A stretch of 64,000 nt of DNA from Candidatus Poribacteria bacterium (GCA_965208325.1 OZ242326.1:1376001-1440000); one strand, 5' to 3'; shown: positions 53,492 through 63,235, counted from the stretch's first letter. Numbers and translations: made by a program. Notes: generated by a model from the letters alone, not told the origin.

Positions 53492-56400
53492 TTAGTCTAC
53501 AATCAAAGTCTGAACCTTAGCCTCCAGGTCATGTTCCCAACTGCGCCCGGCGATTTCTCCCGCCGCGTTGATCAGGATGAACGGATGCCACCCGACAGCA
53601 TATCGTTCAAATGTCTCGCCTTTCGCGCCGTCGACCGTAGCTGGGCGGTCTAGTCCAATCGAGCATGACAGCAACTGTTCTGTAATGTGCCGTTTGACCG
53701 CCTCAATCTCGGAGGCGGCGGGACAGACGGCGACGCACACGAGGCCTTTTTCACCGTAAACCTCGTGCAAAATATTCAACAGGCGAATCCATTGTATATG
53801 ATTGGAACGGTTCAAATCCCAGAAATGTAGAACTATCGTCTTGCCTTCCAACTCTCCGATGGATACGGGTGAACCGGACAGCCATTTTGCAACCGCCAAC
53901 TCCGGCGCCGTTTTGTTCAGCAATGTATTGAAGCGATCTTCGGCGGACGCGGCGTATGACCGCTGCAACTGCTGCTCCGGGGTCGGCTCTGGTTTATTTT
54001 CGGACGGCGTTAGAGTTAAAACTAAATCGCGTTGATTCACCGCGATACTCTCAAAAATCTTGTGGTTACGATCAGCGCTGACAGAAATTGACACCATTTG
54101 GTCTTTGATGTGCTTCATTTCAAATTCGCCTAGCCCATTGGTACTAGTGCCGGTGTAGAAGTAACCGGAGACATCTTCTTCGGCTTCAACTCTTACTGAT
54201 GCCTGATTAATCGGCTTGCCATTGGCGTCCACGACTTTCCCAGCGAGGTAACCGTCCCCCTCGATCAACACTAGGTCGTGTCGCTGGTTGGCTTTTAGCA
54301 TCTTGAATCTATGGCGCGCGAACGCTGGGTGATGGGTTTGCAGATTAATGACGACAGCCATTAGTAGATTATCAAACCGAAAATTGCCATTTTCGTCGGT
54401 ATAGGTGTCCCAGCCTTGCGATTGATAGTGTGTATATACCCGTGCACCGTGTACCGGTTGACCTGAAGTATTGGTTATGCGTCCTTCAAGGTAGAACTGA
54501 CCGACCTCTGGCAACAAAATGAGATCCGCGATTTGGGTCATTTCCGCCGTTGCGGTAAATGTCTCGGTTGCCGTCGTCCAATACCCTTCTGCATTCGCAG
54601 AGATTGTGTACTCGTCGCCGACAATGAGTTCAATTTCCCGGTATCGTCCATCGCCATCTGTCACCGCGACGGTCGAAACTAACCCTATTTCCGACTGACG
54701 ATCGAAGTACAGCAGATTTATGTTCACTGACGGAATGGGTTCACCGGCGCGGTCGACTACTCGCCCGGCGACTTTTACGCGCTCATACGGTTCAATCAGA
54801 ATCTCAACCGACGCGTCCGGCTGGACTTCAACCTCCGCCGTTCCGCGCAATTCCAGCTCGCTATGTTCCGCTTTCAAGGCGAGTTTCTGCCCAATTCGTA
54901 ATCCGCGAACCGTAAATTCGCCCTGTTCATCCGACGTGTCGCACGCACTTAAAAAATTGCGCCCTTTTGCGATTATGACACCGGAGACCGGTTCCCCAGC
55001 TTTCGTCAATACTCGACCAGACAATTCCAATCCTTTGGAGAACTGAAAATCTACGACGACAGTTTCGCCCTCAACGACATCAACATACCGCGTAACCTGT
55101 CCGACATTCTGATAGTCTTGCGGGGCATAGGTTGAAACCAGCACGCGGCCAGGCGCAGCGCGGAAACTATAGATGCCGAATTCGTCAGTTGTTGAAACGT
55201 GATCTATCGGCCCAAACTCCGGACCCGGGCGGGCGGTGTCGTGAAACCTAATATGATGGTTCGCAACCGGTTCCTTTGTGTCCTGATCGGTCACCCGCCC
55301 AGAAATATGGCCGCCCCGAACCAGGGTCAAATTTATATTAGACATAATTTGTCCCTCAGCGACCTTAAAAAATTCGTTGGAGGCAGCCGTCCACCCTTCA
55401 GGTACCTCATCAAGATAGAGGTTGTACATACCGGGGGCGATGTTCTTCAGGAGGTAATTCCCATTCTCATCGACACTTACATGTTCCGCCCCCATTCCCG
55501 CGGTCAGTGGAGAGATGCGTAGAAGTGCAATAGTGGCGTTTTTGACCGGCGCGCCGGTATCTGCATAGCTGAGCCGCCCCTCAATCCGAGCCTCACGCTC
55601 CAGCCGAAATTCGAGTCCCGATGCGCCAGGCGGCACAGGGAAACGCATCTCCTCTGCATATCCTTGCCCATGAATAACGAGGCTTGCTGTCACGTCCGGC
55701 GGTAGCCTGCGGAGAACAAACTCGCCGTTCGTATCAGTATTGGTGGGGGGAATGATGGAAATAATGTCTAAGCCAAGGAATAAGTCCCATAGTATTGGGT
55801 TGCTAGAAAATGTGGCGTTACTATACAAGGATTTGATCCGTACTTCCGCATTCTGGATCGGAACGCCCGCCGTGTTTAGAACTCTTCCCGAAATGACCTC
55901 CTGCGTGCCGAGTTGGATTTCAACATCCATCTTGCTTTTTAGCGGGAGGTTCTGCCAACCGATTGCATGATTGGGGTGCGTGGCGACAATGGGGTGTGTG
56001 ATGACGATGTTATCCCGATCTTGCTCCCTGTCGTCGGGACGCTGGACTTCAAAGTGGAACGTGCCATCGGGTGCCGTGCGAGTGACAGTTTCGAAAGATT
56101 TGAGTTTTGACGGGTAAAAAAGTTCGGCATCCGCTACCGGCGCACCGTCACTGTCAACAACCCGGCCGGAGTAAATTAGTTTCTCGTCCTCACCCTTCGC
56201 TGCTACTGCGGGGTGTTGCGGCGTCGCATTCTTTACACCGCCATTACCTGAAACTGACCCTAGTTCAACTGACTCGCGGCTTCGCACCGTTGAACCGCGA
56301 TTGGAGACTCCCGGCGGACGCTTTCCCGACGGGGTCGGTATGCCCGCAATTAACGGACGAATTGCGATGGGAGCGGGTGTAATGAATGCGACCGGAATCG

Positions 56401-57184
56401 GCTGGCTCGTGTCTGACGGCGACAGCCCGATCTGGTTTCTTGGGGACACATTCGGCGAATCGCTTCGCTCTCCAAACAGTCCAACCAAAACACATAAAGC
56501 CATAATCAGCGAAATTAACGCTTTGCTTACTGACGTGCTACCCCACGTGAACCCCATGGTTGGAGATGGAATGTGGCGAATCTGCTCAATTAGCTGCATG
56601 AGGAATCCTCCTTTGAGTTTGCGGCTCTTTACGACTCTGCCGTAATGTTCAGACAACGCGCTGCCGAGCTGCAGCCGCGCACGACGCAACTTGCTCTTGA
56701 CAGTATTGACGGAAACACCGAAAAACTCTGAAATCTCCTTCAGCGAATAATCACCTGCATAGAACATCGACACGACGATCCGACTTTCGTCAGAGAGCTC
56801 TGACATTGCCTGCTCAAGATCTACCTGCCAATCCTGTGTTGGCACCGTGTGTTCAGGTTGAATCTGTAGCGAGTCGTCCACTGCCTGCTCCAGCGCAATC
56901 TCGTGCCGGCGTCTTCTCGTAACACGCACCAGCCAACGTTTGCATTCGTTGGACATGATTGTATACAGCCAGCTGCGGAAGAGATGCGGATGCCGCAGTT
57001 TTTGGAGATGGCGGAATGCCTTTAAAAAAACCTCTTGCGTAATGTCCTGCGAATCGGCTACGTTCCGCACTTTCTGATAGGCGTAGGTATAGACCATGTC
57101 CTGATACTTGTGTACGAGCACACCGAAGGCATCGCGATCCCCGGCGAGCGTTTGAGACACTAACTTTTCGTCGGCTGTATACAT
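53492..57184 (-). CDS. ECF sigma factor fused via TM to carboxypeptidase-regulatory-like Ig repeats and a Cys-less thioredoxin-like domain
   Basis: DEKLV...GDRDAF, DSQDITQEVF, FRSWLYTI, EISEFFGVSVNTVKSKL; TM; repeated GRVVDxxGxP...TDxxGxF units; APEL...LEGKTIVLHFW. Start ATG 57184 chosen from the RBS and the paralog. Confidence 0.88.
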   Translation of the reverse strand: MYTADEKLVSQTLAGDRDAFGVLVHKYQDMVYTYAYQKVRNVADSQDITQEVFLKAFRHLQKLRHPHLFRSWLYTIMSNECKRWLVRVTRRRRHEIALEQAVDDSLQIQPEHTVPTQDWQVDLEQAMSELSDESRIVVSMFYAGDYSLKEISEFFGVSVNTVKSKLRRARLQLGSALSEHYGRVVKSRKLKGGFLMQLIEQIRHIPSPTMGFTWGSTSVSKALISLIMALCVLVGLFGERSDSPNVSPRNQIGLSPSDTSQPIPVAFITPAPIAIRPLIAGIPTPSGKRPPGVSNRGSTVRSRESVELGSVSGNGGVKNATPQHPAVAAKGEDEKLIYSGRVVDSDGAPVADAELFYPSKLKSFETVTRTAPDGTFHFEVQRPDDREQDRDNIVITHPIVATHPNHAIGWQNLPLKSKMDVEIQLGTQEVISGRVLNTAGVPIQNAEVRIKSLYSNATFSSNPILWDLFLGLDIISIIPPTNTDTNGEFVLRRLPPDVTASLVIHGQGYAEEMRFPVPPGASGLEFRLEREARIEGRLSYADTGAPVKNATIALLRISPLTAGMGAEHVSVDENGNYLLKNIAPGMYNLYLDEVPEGWTAASNEFFKVAEGQIMSNINLTLVRGGHISGRVTDQDTKEPVANHHIRFHDTARPGPEFGPIDHVSTTDEFGIYSFRAAPGRVLVSTYAPQDYQNVGQVTRYVDVVEGETVVVDFQFSKGLELSGRVLTKAGEPVSGVIIAKGRNFLSACDTSDEQGEFTVRGLRIGQKLALKAEHSELELRGTAEVEVQPDASVEILIEPYERVKVAGRVVDRAGEPIPSVNINLLYFDRQSEIGLVSTVAVTDGDGRYREIELIVGDEYTISANAEGYWTTATETFTATAEMTQIADLILLPEVGQFYLEGRITNTSGQPVHGARVYTHYQSQGWDTYTDENGNFRFDNLLMAVVINLQTHHPAFARHRFKMLKANQRHDLVLIEGDGYLAGKVVDANGKPINQASVRVEAEEDVSGYFYTGTSTNGLGEFEMKHIKDQMVSISVSADRNHKIFESIAVNQRDLVLTLTPSENKPEPTPEQQLQRSYAASAEDRFNTLLNKTAPELAVAKWLSGSPVSIGELEGKTIVLHFWDLNRSNHIQWIRLLNILHEVYGEKGLVCVAVCPAASEIEAVKRHITEQLLSCSIGLDRPATVDGAKGETFERYAVGWHPFILINAAGEIAGRSWEHDLEAKVQTLIVD
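56597..56614 (-). promoter_or_regulatory. Internal in-frame Shine-Dalgarno + ATG after the sigma domain
   Basis: AAAGGAGG-ATTCCTC-ATG (codons K-G-G-F-L-M). Confidence 0.6.
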
Positions 57185-57234
57185 AATAACCACCTTATCC
57201 GAAAAACAAGTATGGAAGCCCTATTTGAATTACA

Positions 57235-57263
57235 TAGACACATCAAGCGAACCAGAGGTTGCA
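57235..57263 (-). promoter_or_regulatory. Putative ECF-type promoter
   Basis: TGCAAC-N18-GTCTA, 50 nt upstream of ATG 57184; same geometry as at 63206-63235. Confidence 0.55.
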
Positions 57264-57784
57264 CCGCGTGGATAAAATAGTTGAAAAACTCAAGGAATAG
57301 TACCAAAGAGATGTCTCAAACGATTGAATCCCGCTTCAATGAGAATATAAATCACGCAACCGCGACAGGGGATAGGAAGGCTGTGTTTATGGGACAACTA
57401 CATCAAAGGTGGGGCTAATAGCGGACGGAGATGAAAGACAAACCAAATTTGCGATAACTAGGCAACGGGGCAGATCCTGTCCATGGCGCAAACTCTCTTC
57501 ATGTTTAGATGGACTACACCGGAATCGTCTATTATGGACCGGCAGACTGCAATTAGATGAATTATCCTGCGGCTAATCTTGATGCCGGTAGTTTTCGAAT
57601 CGGATGAAATGGAATAATAAGGTGGGGTTTTTACCAGAGAGGTGTTTACATAGATTCAGGCCGCAAATATGCCAATTGCAGCACCGCGGCTGCAGCAGGT
57701 AGAGATACGCATTCGACCCAACCTACACCGCTGCAATTCTGATAGATTAGCGAAGCGAATCAGGATTTAGCAGTGATCGGCAAT

Positions 57785-59026
57785 TTACTTTGTTCGTGTC
57801 GTCTTCTCGGGAGTGCTGTCCTTTTCGATGATAGCAATGTGCGGCAGGCGCCACTCTATGCTTGCAGGACCCACGTCGAACCATTCACCCGATAATCCCA
57901 TCGAAACGAAATCTTCCTCGCCCCGGTCTTTATCGTGCGGTTCATGGGGCGCCCAGTTTGTGAATGTCACCGGCTCACCGTTCGCCCAAACCCATTCCCC
58001 TTCGTTCGCATAATCCGTCAGTCCAATCCAGCACCGATTTGGTCCAAAGGTTTTTGATATCCAGTCCTGCTCTGCTGCATCGTTGATTGCAACGAGATAC
58101 CCACCTTCGGCAGCGGCTTGAGTGTTGGCTTCATCCCAACTCTCGCTACTAATTCGCTTGTACGCGTGCCCATTTGCTGGATTCACCACCCACGCTGCGC
58201 CGACGCCCCGTGGTGACGTTGACACTTCCGCAGAAACTTCGACTCGACCAGTGGGACCTTCAGGCCAATTCGGAAGTCTGTCGAGCGCGAAAACCAAATC
58301 TTCTCTGTCTTCTCCTTGTTTTAGCAGGAAAGGATCTGCTGACGCCGAAAGCCTGTGATAGTTCACCGTCATTGTGTAGATTGCGGGTTCATCAACGAAG
58401 TAATTAAAATAACCGTCAGTGTCAGTCTCGTTCGAGGAACTTGAGCTACCGCTACCCGTCCCGTCGGGCGTACGGTGGTTTACGCTGACATTAATCCTCG
58501 CACTGGAAAGCGGGGTGCCATTGAGAAACACAATGCGTCCCCGAATGTAATTCCGCAATTTCACTCTGACTTCGACATTCTCAACGTGCACGTCCGGATT
58601 AATGGCGAACACGATTCCCTGCCAAGGCGAATACTCGTGCCGGTAAATGGTCAGTGTCGCCACCCTTACGGAAATGATTTCGCCGCTGGTCCCGGACGGA
58701 TGATAAAACTTGGTGGCCGGTGTTAATCGGACTTTTGCCGGCGGGATGTTTTTCATAGAAAAACGTCCCATTTCGTCAGAGTGCGATTCTGAAAGTGTGA
58801 TGAAGGTTCCTTCAACTGATTCAAGCGAAAACGGTAAAAGGGATAGCCCAAATCCCGCAACCGGATTACCTTTTAAATCAACAACACGGCCGGACAGTGT
58901 AGAAGTACTGTCCAGAGCCATACCCTGCAACGATGCGGCGAATGTAAATACCATTATCCCAACAAGTAGCCGCAGGTTCTCTCGCCTAAACGCGGCGTAT
59001 AAACACCTTAAATGTAACCAGTTCAT
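57785..59026 (-). CDS. Exported carboxypeptidase-regulatory-like + C-type lectin domain protein
   Basis: AAAGGAGG RBS before ATG 59026; hydrophobic leader; SGRVVDLKGNP; NGHAY...SWDEA...YLVAIND...WIGLTD...GEWVW...NWAPHEP. Confidence 0.85.
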   Translation of the reverse strand: MNWLHLRCLYAAFRRENLRLLVGIMVFTFAASLQGMALDSTSTLSGRVVDLKGNPVAGFGLSLLPFSLESVEGTFITLSESHSDEMGRFSMKNIPPAKVRLTPATKFYHPSGTSGEIISVRVATLTIYRHEYSPWQGIVFAINPDVHVENVEVRVKLRNYIRGRIVFLNGTPLSSARINVSVNHRTPDGTGSGSSSSSNETDTDGYFNYFVDEPAIYTMTVNYHRLSASADPFLLKQGEDREDLVFALDRLPNWPEGPTGRVEVSAEVSTSPRGVGAAWVVNPANGHAYKRISSESWDEANTQAAAEGGYLVAINDAAEQDWISKTFGPNRCWIGLTDYANEGEWVWANGEPVTFTNWAPHEPHDKDRGEEDFVSMGLSGEWFDVGPASIEWRLPHIAIIEKDSTPEKTTRTK

Positions 59027-59264
59027 GGAAGATGCCTCCTTCGGAATGTTGAATGCGACCGAGGACGAATCCCTCTGTGAATGACCCAAATCGGTCTTTT
59101 GACGAAGCCAATTAGGGTTTGATTTCTTGACAACCCGGTTTTTTTACCGGGGAATGGCTAGACGATGGCGTTGCCGCTCACGTATCAAACAAGCTGTAAA
59201 CGCTGTTTCTAGCTGATATACGCTTAGCAATCACTTTGCGTTCAAGGCGTCAAATTATCGAGTG

Positions 59265-60728
59265 TCAACGTCGCTTTTTCCCCGGCGATTCACGTCTTTT
59301 CGTTTCGGAGTCATTACGCCCTTCAAAGGATTCATGTCGTTTTTCATTGAGATTGCTCCGGTCTTTTTTACGCTCATCATCATCATGAAGTATTTCAGGT
59401 TCATCCGGCAAATTTAGATTAGAAGTCGGGTCATCCGTATCTTCCAACGACTCCAGCAACCTATCCAACTCCTTCGCCTCGACCCCGCCGGGGAATTTCC
59501 AATCCTCAGCTTGCTTCATTTGGTTTTCCAATTCGGGTGGGACGATTGGCGCCGGGATCGGCTGTTCCAAACCCTCCAGAAATTCCGCCATCTCTAGCGA
59601 CGGTGCGGCATGGCGCGGTGCTGCCACAGGCGCGGAATCGTCCACTGCCGAGTCGGATGCGGAGGTCCAAAGTGATGAACGGGATACAGGCTTCGGTTCG
59701 GCAACGTTCGCAGGTTGCGAATCTGTTCCTGACGGAAGCACTACGTCGGACTCGGAACGGGCGATCTCCGGTCTATCATCATCAAATATGCCGGCAAAAT
59801 TCCCCCATACCTTCGCCATTCCTCGCCTCGGCGCATCAGCAGGTTTGCCGTCTGGACCGATAAAGCCAATCTTCACATGTTCGGGAAGTTTCTTTGTGAA
59901 AGGGAATGGGGTATGTAAGTACTCTTGTATAGCACCAACATCGTATGACTCGCCCACAGCAGGAAAGTGTAGCTCACCGATACTCCCGTCCGAGTTAATT
60001 TCATAGTAGGTCGTATCGGCTCTGAGCGGAAAGCGTGTCCCATCTTTGGCTCTGGCAATCGTGACAAATTTTCCTTCATTCCATTGTTGTGCGAAAGTTG
60101 GGTCTTTTAATGCTTCTTTCACATAATAGTGCGTCTCCAGAAAATGCTGAATTCTAGTTTCTTCAAACTGTGCCGACGACGTGTCCACCGGCAGCCCCAT
60201 ACGTTCTAGCACACTGTTTTTGTAATCGGCATCATTTCCAAACAGGGGTTGCTCGAAAAACTGCTGCTTTGAATGTAGCAGATTGAACCGATACATGAGG
60301 AATGAATTGTATTCCGCACCGTTCTCGATTAGCAGGCCTTTATCCAGCAACATCTGCAGGAATTCTGCACGCGGATAGGCTTGGTCGACATTTGCTAAGT
60401 CGATGCCGCTGAAATTAATCGCCTGCGACTCAACCCATGTGTCAAAATTAGTGTCATGCGCTTCCATAAGGGCTTCGACAGATTGCGGGTTTTGAAATGA
60501 GGTTGAATCGGAAATGTGACGCATTCGAGTCAACTCCTCGTCCGCCCCTTTGACGACAGCTGTCCACCAATAGTCCCGCAAATAGTTGCTTATCGCAATC
60601 TCTTCTGGTGAACCATCGCTCTGGCTAAAAACAACGTGCTGTCGATGTAACAGTGCAGCGATAACAGCCGCCGCAACAACTCCCAGACCAATCATTACAA
60701 TCTTCCACTTTGACAAGGAAACCAACAT
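59265..60728 (-). CDS. Hypothetical membrane-anchored protein with low-complexity C-terminus
   Basis: 487-aa ORF, AAGGAG RBS, N-terminal TM, Pro/Ser/charged tail; no family recognised. Confidence 0.7.
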   Translation of the reverse strand: MLVSLSKWKIVMIGLGVVAAAVIAALLHRQHVVFSQSDGSPEEIAISNYLRDYWWTAVVKGADEELTRMRHISDSTSFQNPQSVEALMEAHDTNFDTWVESQAINFSGIDLANVDQAYPRAEFLQMLLDKGLLIENGAEYNSFLMYRFNLLHSKQQFFEQPLFGNDADYKNSVLERMGLPVDTSSAQFEETRIQHFLETHYYVKEALKDPTFAQQWNEGKFVTIARAKDGTRFPLRADTTYYEINSDGSIGELHFPAVGESYDVGAIQEYLHTPFPFTKKLPEHVKIGFIGPDGKPADAPRRGMAKVWGNFAGIFDDDRPEIARSESDVVLPSGTDSQPANVAEPKPVSRSSLWTSASDSAVDDSAPVAAPRHAAPSLEMAEFLEGLEQPIPAPIVPPELENQMKQAEDWKFPGGVEAKELDRLLESLEDTDDPTSNLNLPDEPEILHDDDERKKDRSNLNEKRHESFEGRNDSETKRRESPGKKRR

Positions 60729-60953
60729 GATAGGTGCTCCTTTCTCCTAATGCTAGATTGTTGGTGAAGATACCAAATGATTAAACCTAAACACCAACCC
60801 TTCAGGCGTTTTTTTTACTCATTCAATCTGGCTATTAGGATGGTTGTTCGTGAAAGTGTGTTTGGATTTACACATTGTAGCGCTGTGAACACTCAGTAAT
60901 TCGATCGTTAATTACCATGCGGTTATTTTTCACCGAATTGTGTAAATTTAAGG

Positions 60954-63143
60954 TTATTCGTTCTCATTGGGAGGCGGCGAGGCGAAACCTTGTCTTTCGA
61001 TGATAGCCTTCTGGGTCATCCGCCACTGTGGGCTTTCCGGTCCAACATCAAACCATTGTCCATTCGGACTGAGACCCATGAAGACGTAATCTTCTTCACC
61101 GAGCGGCGACTCGGTCGGTTCATTGGGCGCCCAGTTCGTGTAAGTAGCCGGTTCGCCGCTGGACCATCGCCATTCCCCCGCCTTTTCGATATCAGTTAGT
61201 CCAATCCAATAGGGCTCGGTACCAAAAACTTTCACCAGCCAACTCTGCTCCGAGGCGTCGTTAATCGAAACCAAGTATGCATCCTCGGTAATCGCTTTCG
61301 CTTGAGCATCTTCCCAACTTTCACAATGAATGCTTCGATAGGCGTGACCATTTTGAGGATTCATCACCCAAGCTCCATCTCGGTCCGGCGGCGCGGCGCT
61401 ATCCGGTGTTGGCTCAATGGGAATTGGCGGGCTGTCAAGCGTTATGACCAAATCATCATGCCGTTGACCGGTTTCGAGAGCAAATTGCTCCGACGTCGCC
61501 GATAAGCCTTGAAATTCAACAGCTACCGCGTAAAATCCTGGCTGAGGCGGATTCACATAGTGCACAAAGTATCCCGCATCGTCCGTGCGGGGCAATCCTC
61601 CGCTACTACCCGTGCCTTCCCCATCAAATGTACGCCATCGCACGCTAATCAGAACTTTCGCCTTGGCAAGCGGTGTGCCGTCGGTGAATACAACCTGACC
61701 CCGAATGCGCATCCGCGGTTTAACTACAATTTCAAAATTATCAATGTGTGTCCCTGGCTCAATGGTAAATGTAATGCCACCGTGAGGGGGCGGTTGCCGG
61801 GAGTCCGCATGAAAAGTCATCGCGCCAGTATCTATGGACAAAACCTCCGCGTCTACAAAATTGTCTTGGTCGTAGCTGTGCGGAGGCATGTCATCGCTTG
61901 TTACAGGATTGGGCTGTGCCATGAACTGGAGAGGCCCGGGTTTGATGCCAGAAATCGAAAACCGTCCCTCTTCGTCCGTGTCCGATTTGAACGTGTACGG
62001 CTGTGCGTCCCTCCTGAACCAATCATAACTGAACATTGGCATGATTTTGCCGTCAAATGACATCAGCGGTCCAACAGCTATGGGGAATCCCGCGATTGGA
62101 TTGCCATCTGTGTCAACCACACGGCCCGATAAGGCAATTTTATCGGAACCGCTCACCGATGCAGCAGTTGTGAATTGCGGACTCGGGGATTTGGCACCCC
62201 CAGCCACGGCAGTGGTTTCTCGGTAAACTGGCTCGGAGTTCGGCTCCACTGAGGCGCGGTTGGCGACCGCCAATGGATGCTTTCCCGACGTGGCAGGAAT
62301 ACCCGTAATTGACGGGCGTGCGGAAAACGGAGGCGAAGCAAGTAACACGACCGGGATCGGGCGGTTCGCGTCTGGCGGCGACAGTGCAGTTTGATTGCCT
62401 GCGTACGCTTTCGGTGAGCTGTCTCGTGCTCCGATAAGTCCAATCAGGATGCACAATGCCGTAATCAACGAAAATACCGTCTTGCTAACAGTTGCACTGG
62501 TCCACGTGAACCCAACTGTTGGCGGTGGGATATGGCGTACCTGCTCCATAAGTTGCATGAGGAATCCTCCTTGGAGTTTGCGGCTCTTCATGAATCGACC
62601 GTAGTGTTCAGACATCGCGGTGCCGAGTTGCTGCCGTGCTCGATGTAACTTGCCCCGGGCGGTGTTCACGGAGACGCCGAGAAATTCTGAGATTTCCTTC
62701 ATCGAACAGCCACCCATGTAGAACATCGACACCGCCACGCGATTATCGTCCGGGAGCGCAGAGATTGCACGCTCTAAGTCCACCTGCCAACCTTCTGTTG
62801 CGGCAGTGTGTGCGGGTTCAATCTGTAGGGCATCGTCTGTAGCGTCGTCCAACGCAATTTCGCGCCGGCGTGTTTCCGTGGCCCGCGCCAGCCAGCGGTT
62901 GCACTCGTTGGACATGATTGTATACAGCCAACTTCGGAACCGATGCGGGTGCCGCAGTTTGCAGAGATGCCGATATGCCCGGAGGAAAACCTCCTGCGTG
63001 ATGTCCTGCGAGTCGGCTTCGTTCCGCACCTTCTGAAAGGCATAGGTGTAGACCATGTCCTGATACTTATGCACGAGCACACCGAAGGCGTCTCGATCCC
63101 CCGCAAGGGTTTGAGACACTAAGTTTTCGTCGGGTGAATTCAT
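60954..63143 (-). CDS. ECF sigma factor fused via TM to carboxypeptidase-regulatory-like domains and a C-type lectin domain
   Basis: Sigma head nearly identical to that of 53492..57184; TM TVFSLITALCILIGLIGA; WIGLTD...NWAPNEP lectin motif; GAGGT RBS before ATG 63143. Confidence 0.88.
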   Translation of the reverse strand: MNSPDENLVSQTLAGDRDAFGVLVHKYQDMVYTYAFQKVRNEADSQDITQEVFLRAYRHLCKLRHPHRFRSWLYTIMSNECNRWLARATETRRREIALDDATDDALQIEPAHTAATEGWQVDLERAISALPDDNRVAVSMFYMGGCSMKEISEFLGVSVNTARGKLHRARQQLGTAMSEHYGRFMKSRKLQGGFLMQLMEQVRHIPPPTVGFTWTSATVSKTVFSLITALCILIGLIGARDSSPKAYAGNQTALSPPDANRPIPVVLLASPPFSARPSITGIPATSGKHPLAVANRASVEPNSEPVYRETTAVAGGAKSPSPQFTTAASVSGSDKIALSGRVVDTDGNPIAGFPIAVGPLMSFDGKIMPMFSYDWFRRDAQPYTFKSDTDEEGRFSISGIKPGPLQFMAQPNPVTSDDMPPHSYDQDNFVDAEVLSIDTGAMTFHADSRQPPPHGGITFTIEPGTHIDNFEIVVKPRMRIRGQVVFTDGTPLAKAKVLISVRWRTFDGEGTGSSGGLPRTDDAGYFVHYVNPPQPGFYAVAVEFQGLSATSEQFALETGQRHDDLVITLDSPPIPIEPTPDSAAPPDRDGAWVMNPQNGHAYRSIHCESWEDAQAKAITEDAYLVSINDASEQSWLVKVFGTEPYWIGLTDIEKAGEWRWSSGEPATYTNWAPNEPTESPLGEEDYVFMGLSPNGQWFDVGPESPQWRMTQKAIIERQGFASPPPNENE
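62556..62572 (-). promoter_or_regulatory. Internal in-frame Shine-Dalgarno + ATG after the sigma domain
   Basis: AAGGAGG-ATTCCTC-ATG (codons Q-G-G-F-L-M). Confidence 0.6.
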
Positions 63144-63205
63144 AGCACACACCTCAACCGAAATGATACACCACAACCCCGCAACAGCCCAGACAAAACT
63201 ACTTA

Positions 63206-63235
63206 TTAGACCCGCTGCGCGGATAAAAAGTTATG
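63206..63235 (-). promoter_or_regulatory. Putative ECF-type promoter
   Basis: CATAAC-N18-GTCTAA, about 63 nt upstream of ATG 63143. Confidence 0.55.

Noticed and set aside
57300..57780. Gene remnant or ncRNA in the long intergenic stretch
   Set aside because: Only short stop-interrupted frames and a partial GTAG-like motif near 57710-57727; no family recognised.
57785..63143. Diversity-generating retroelement targeting the C-type lectin domains
   Set aside because: No reverse transcriptase and no near-identical template/variable repeat pair in the window; the paralog differences are not adenine-restricted.
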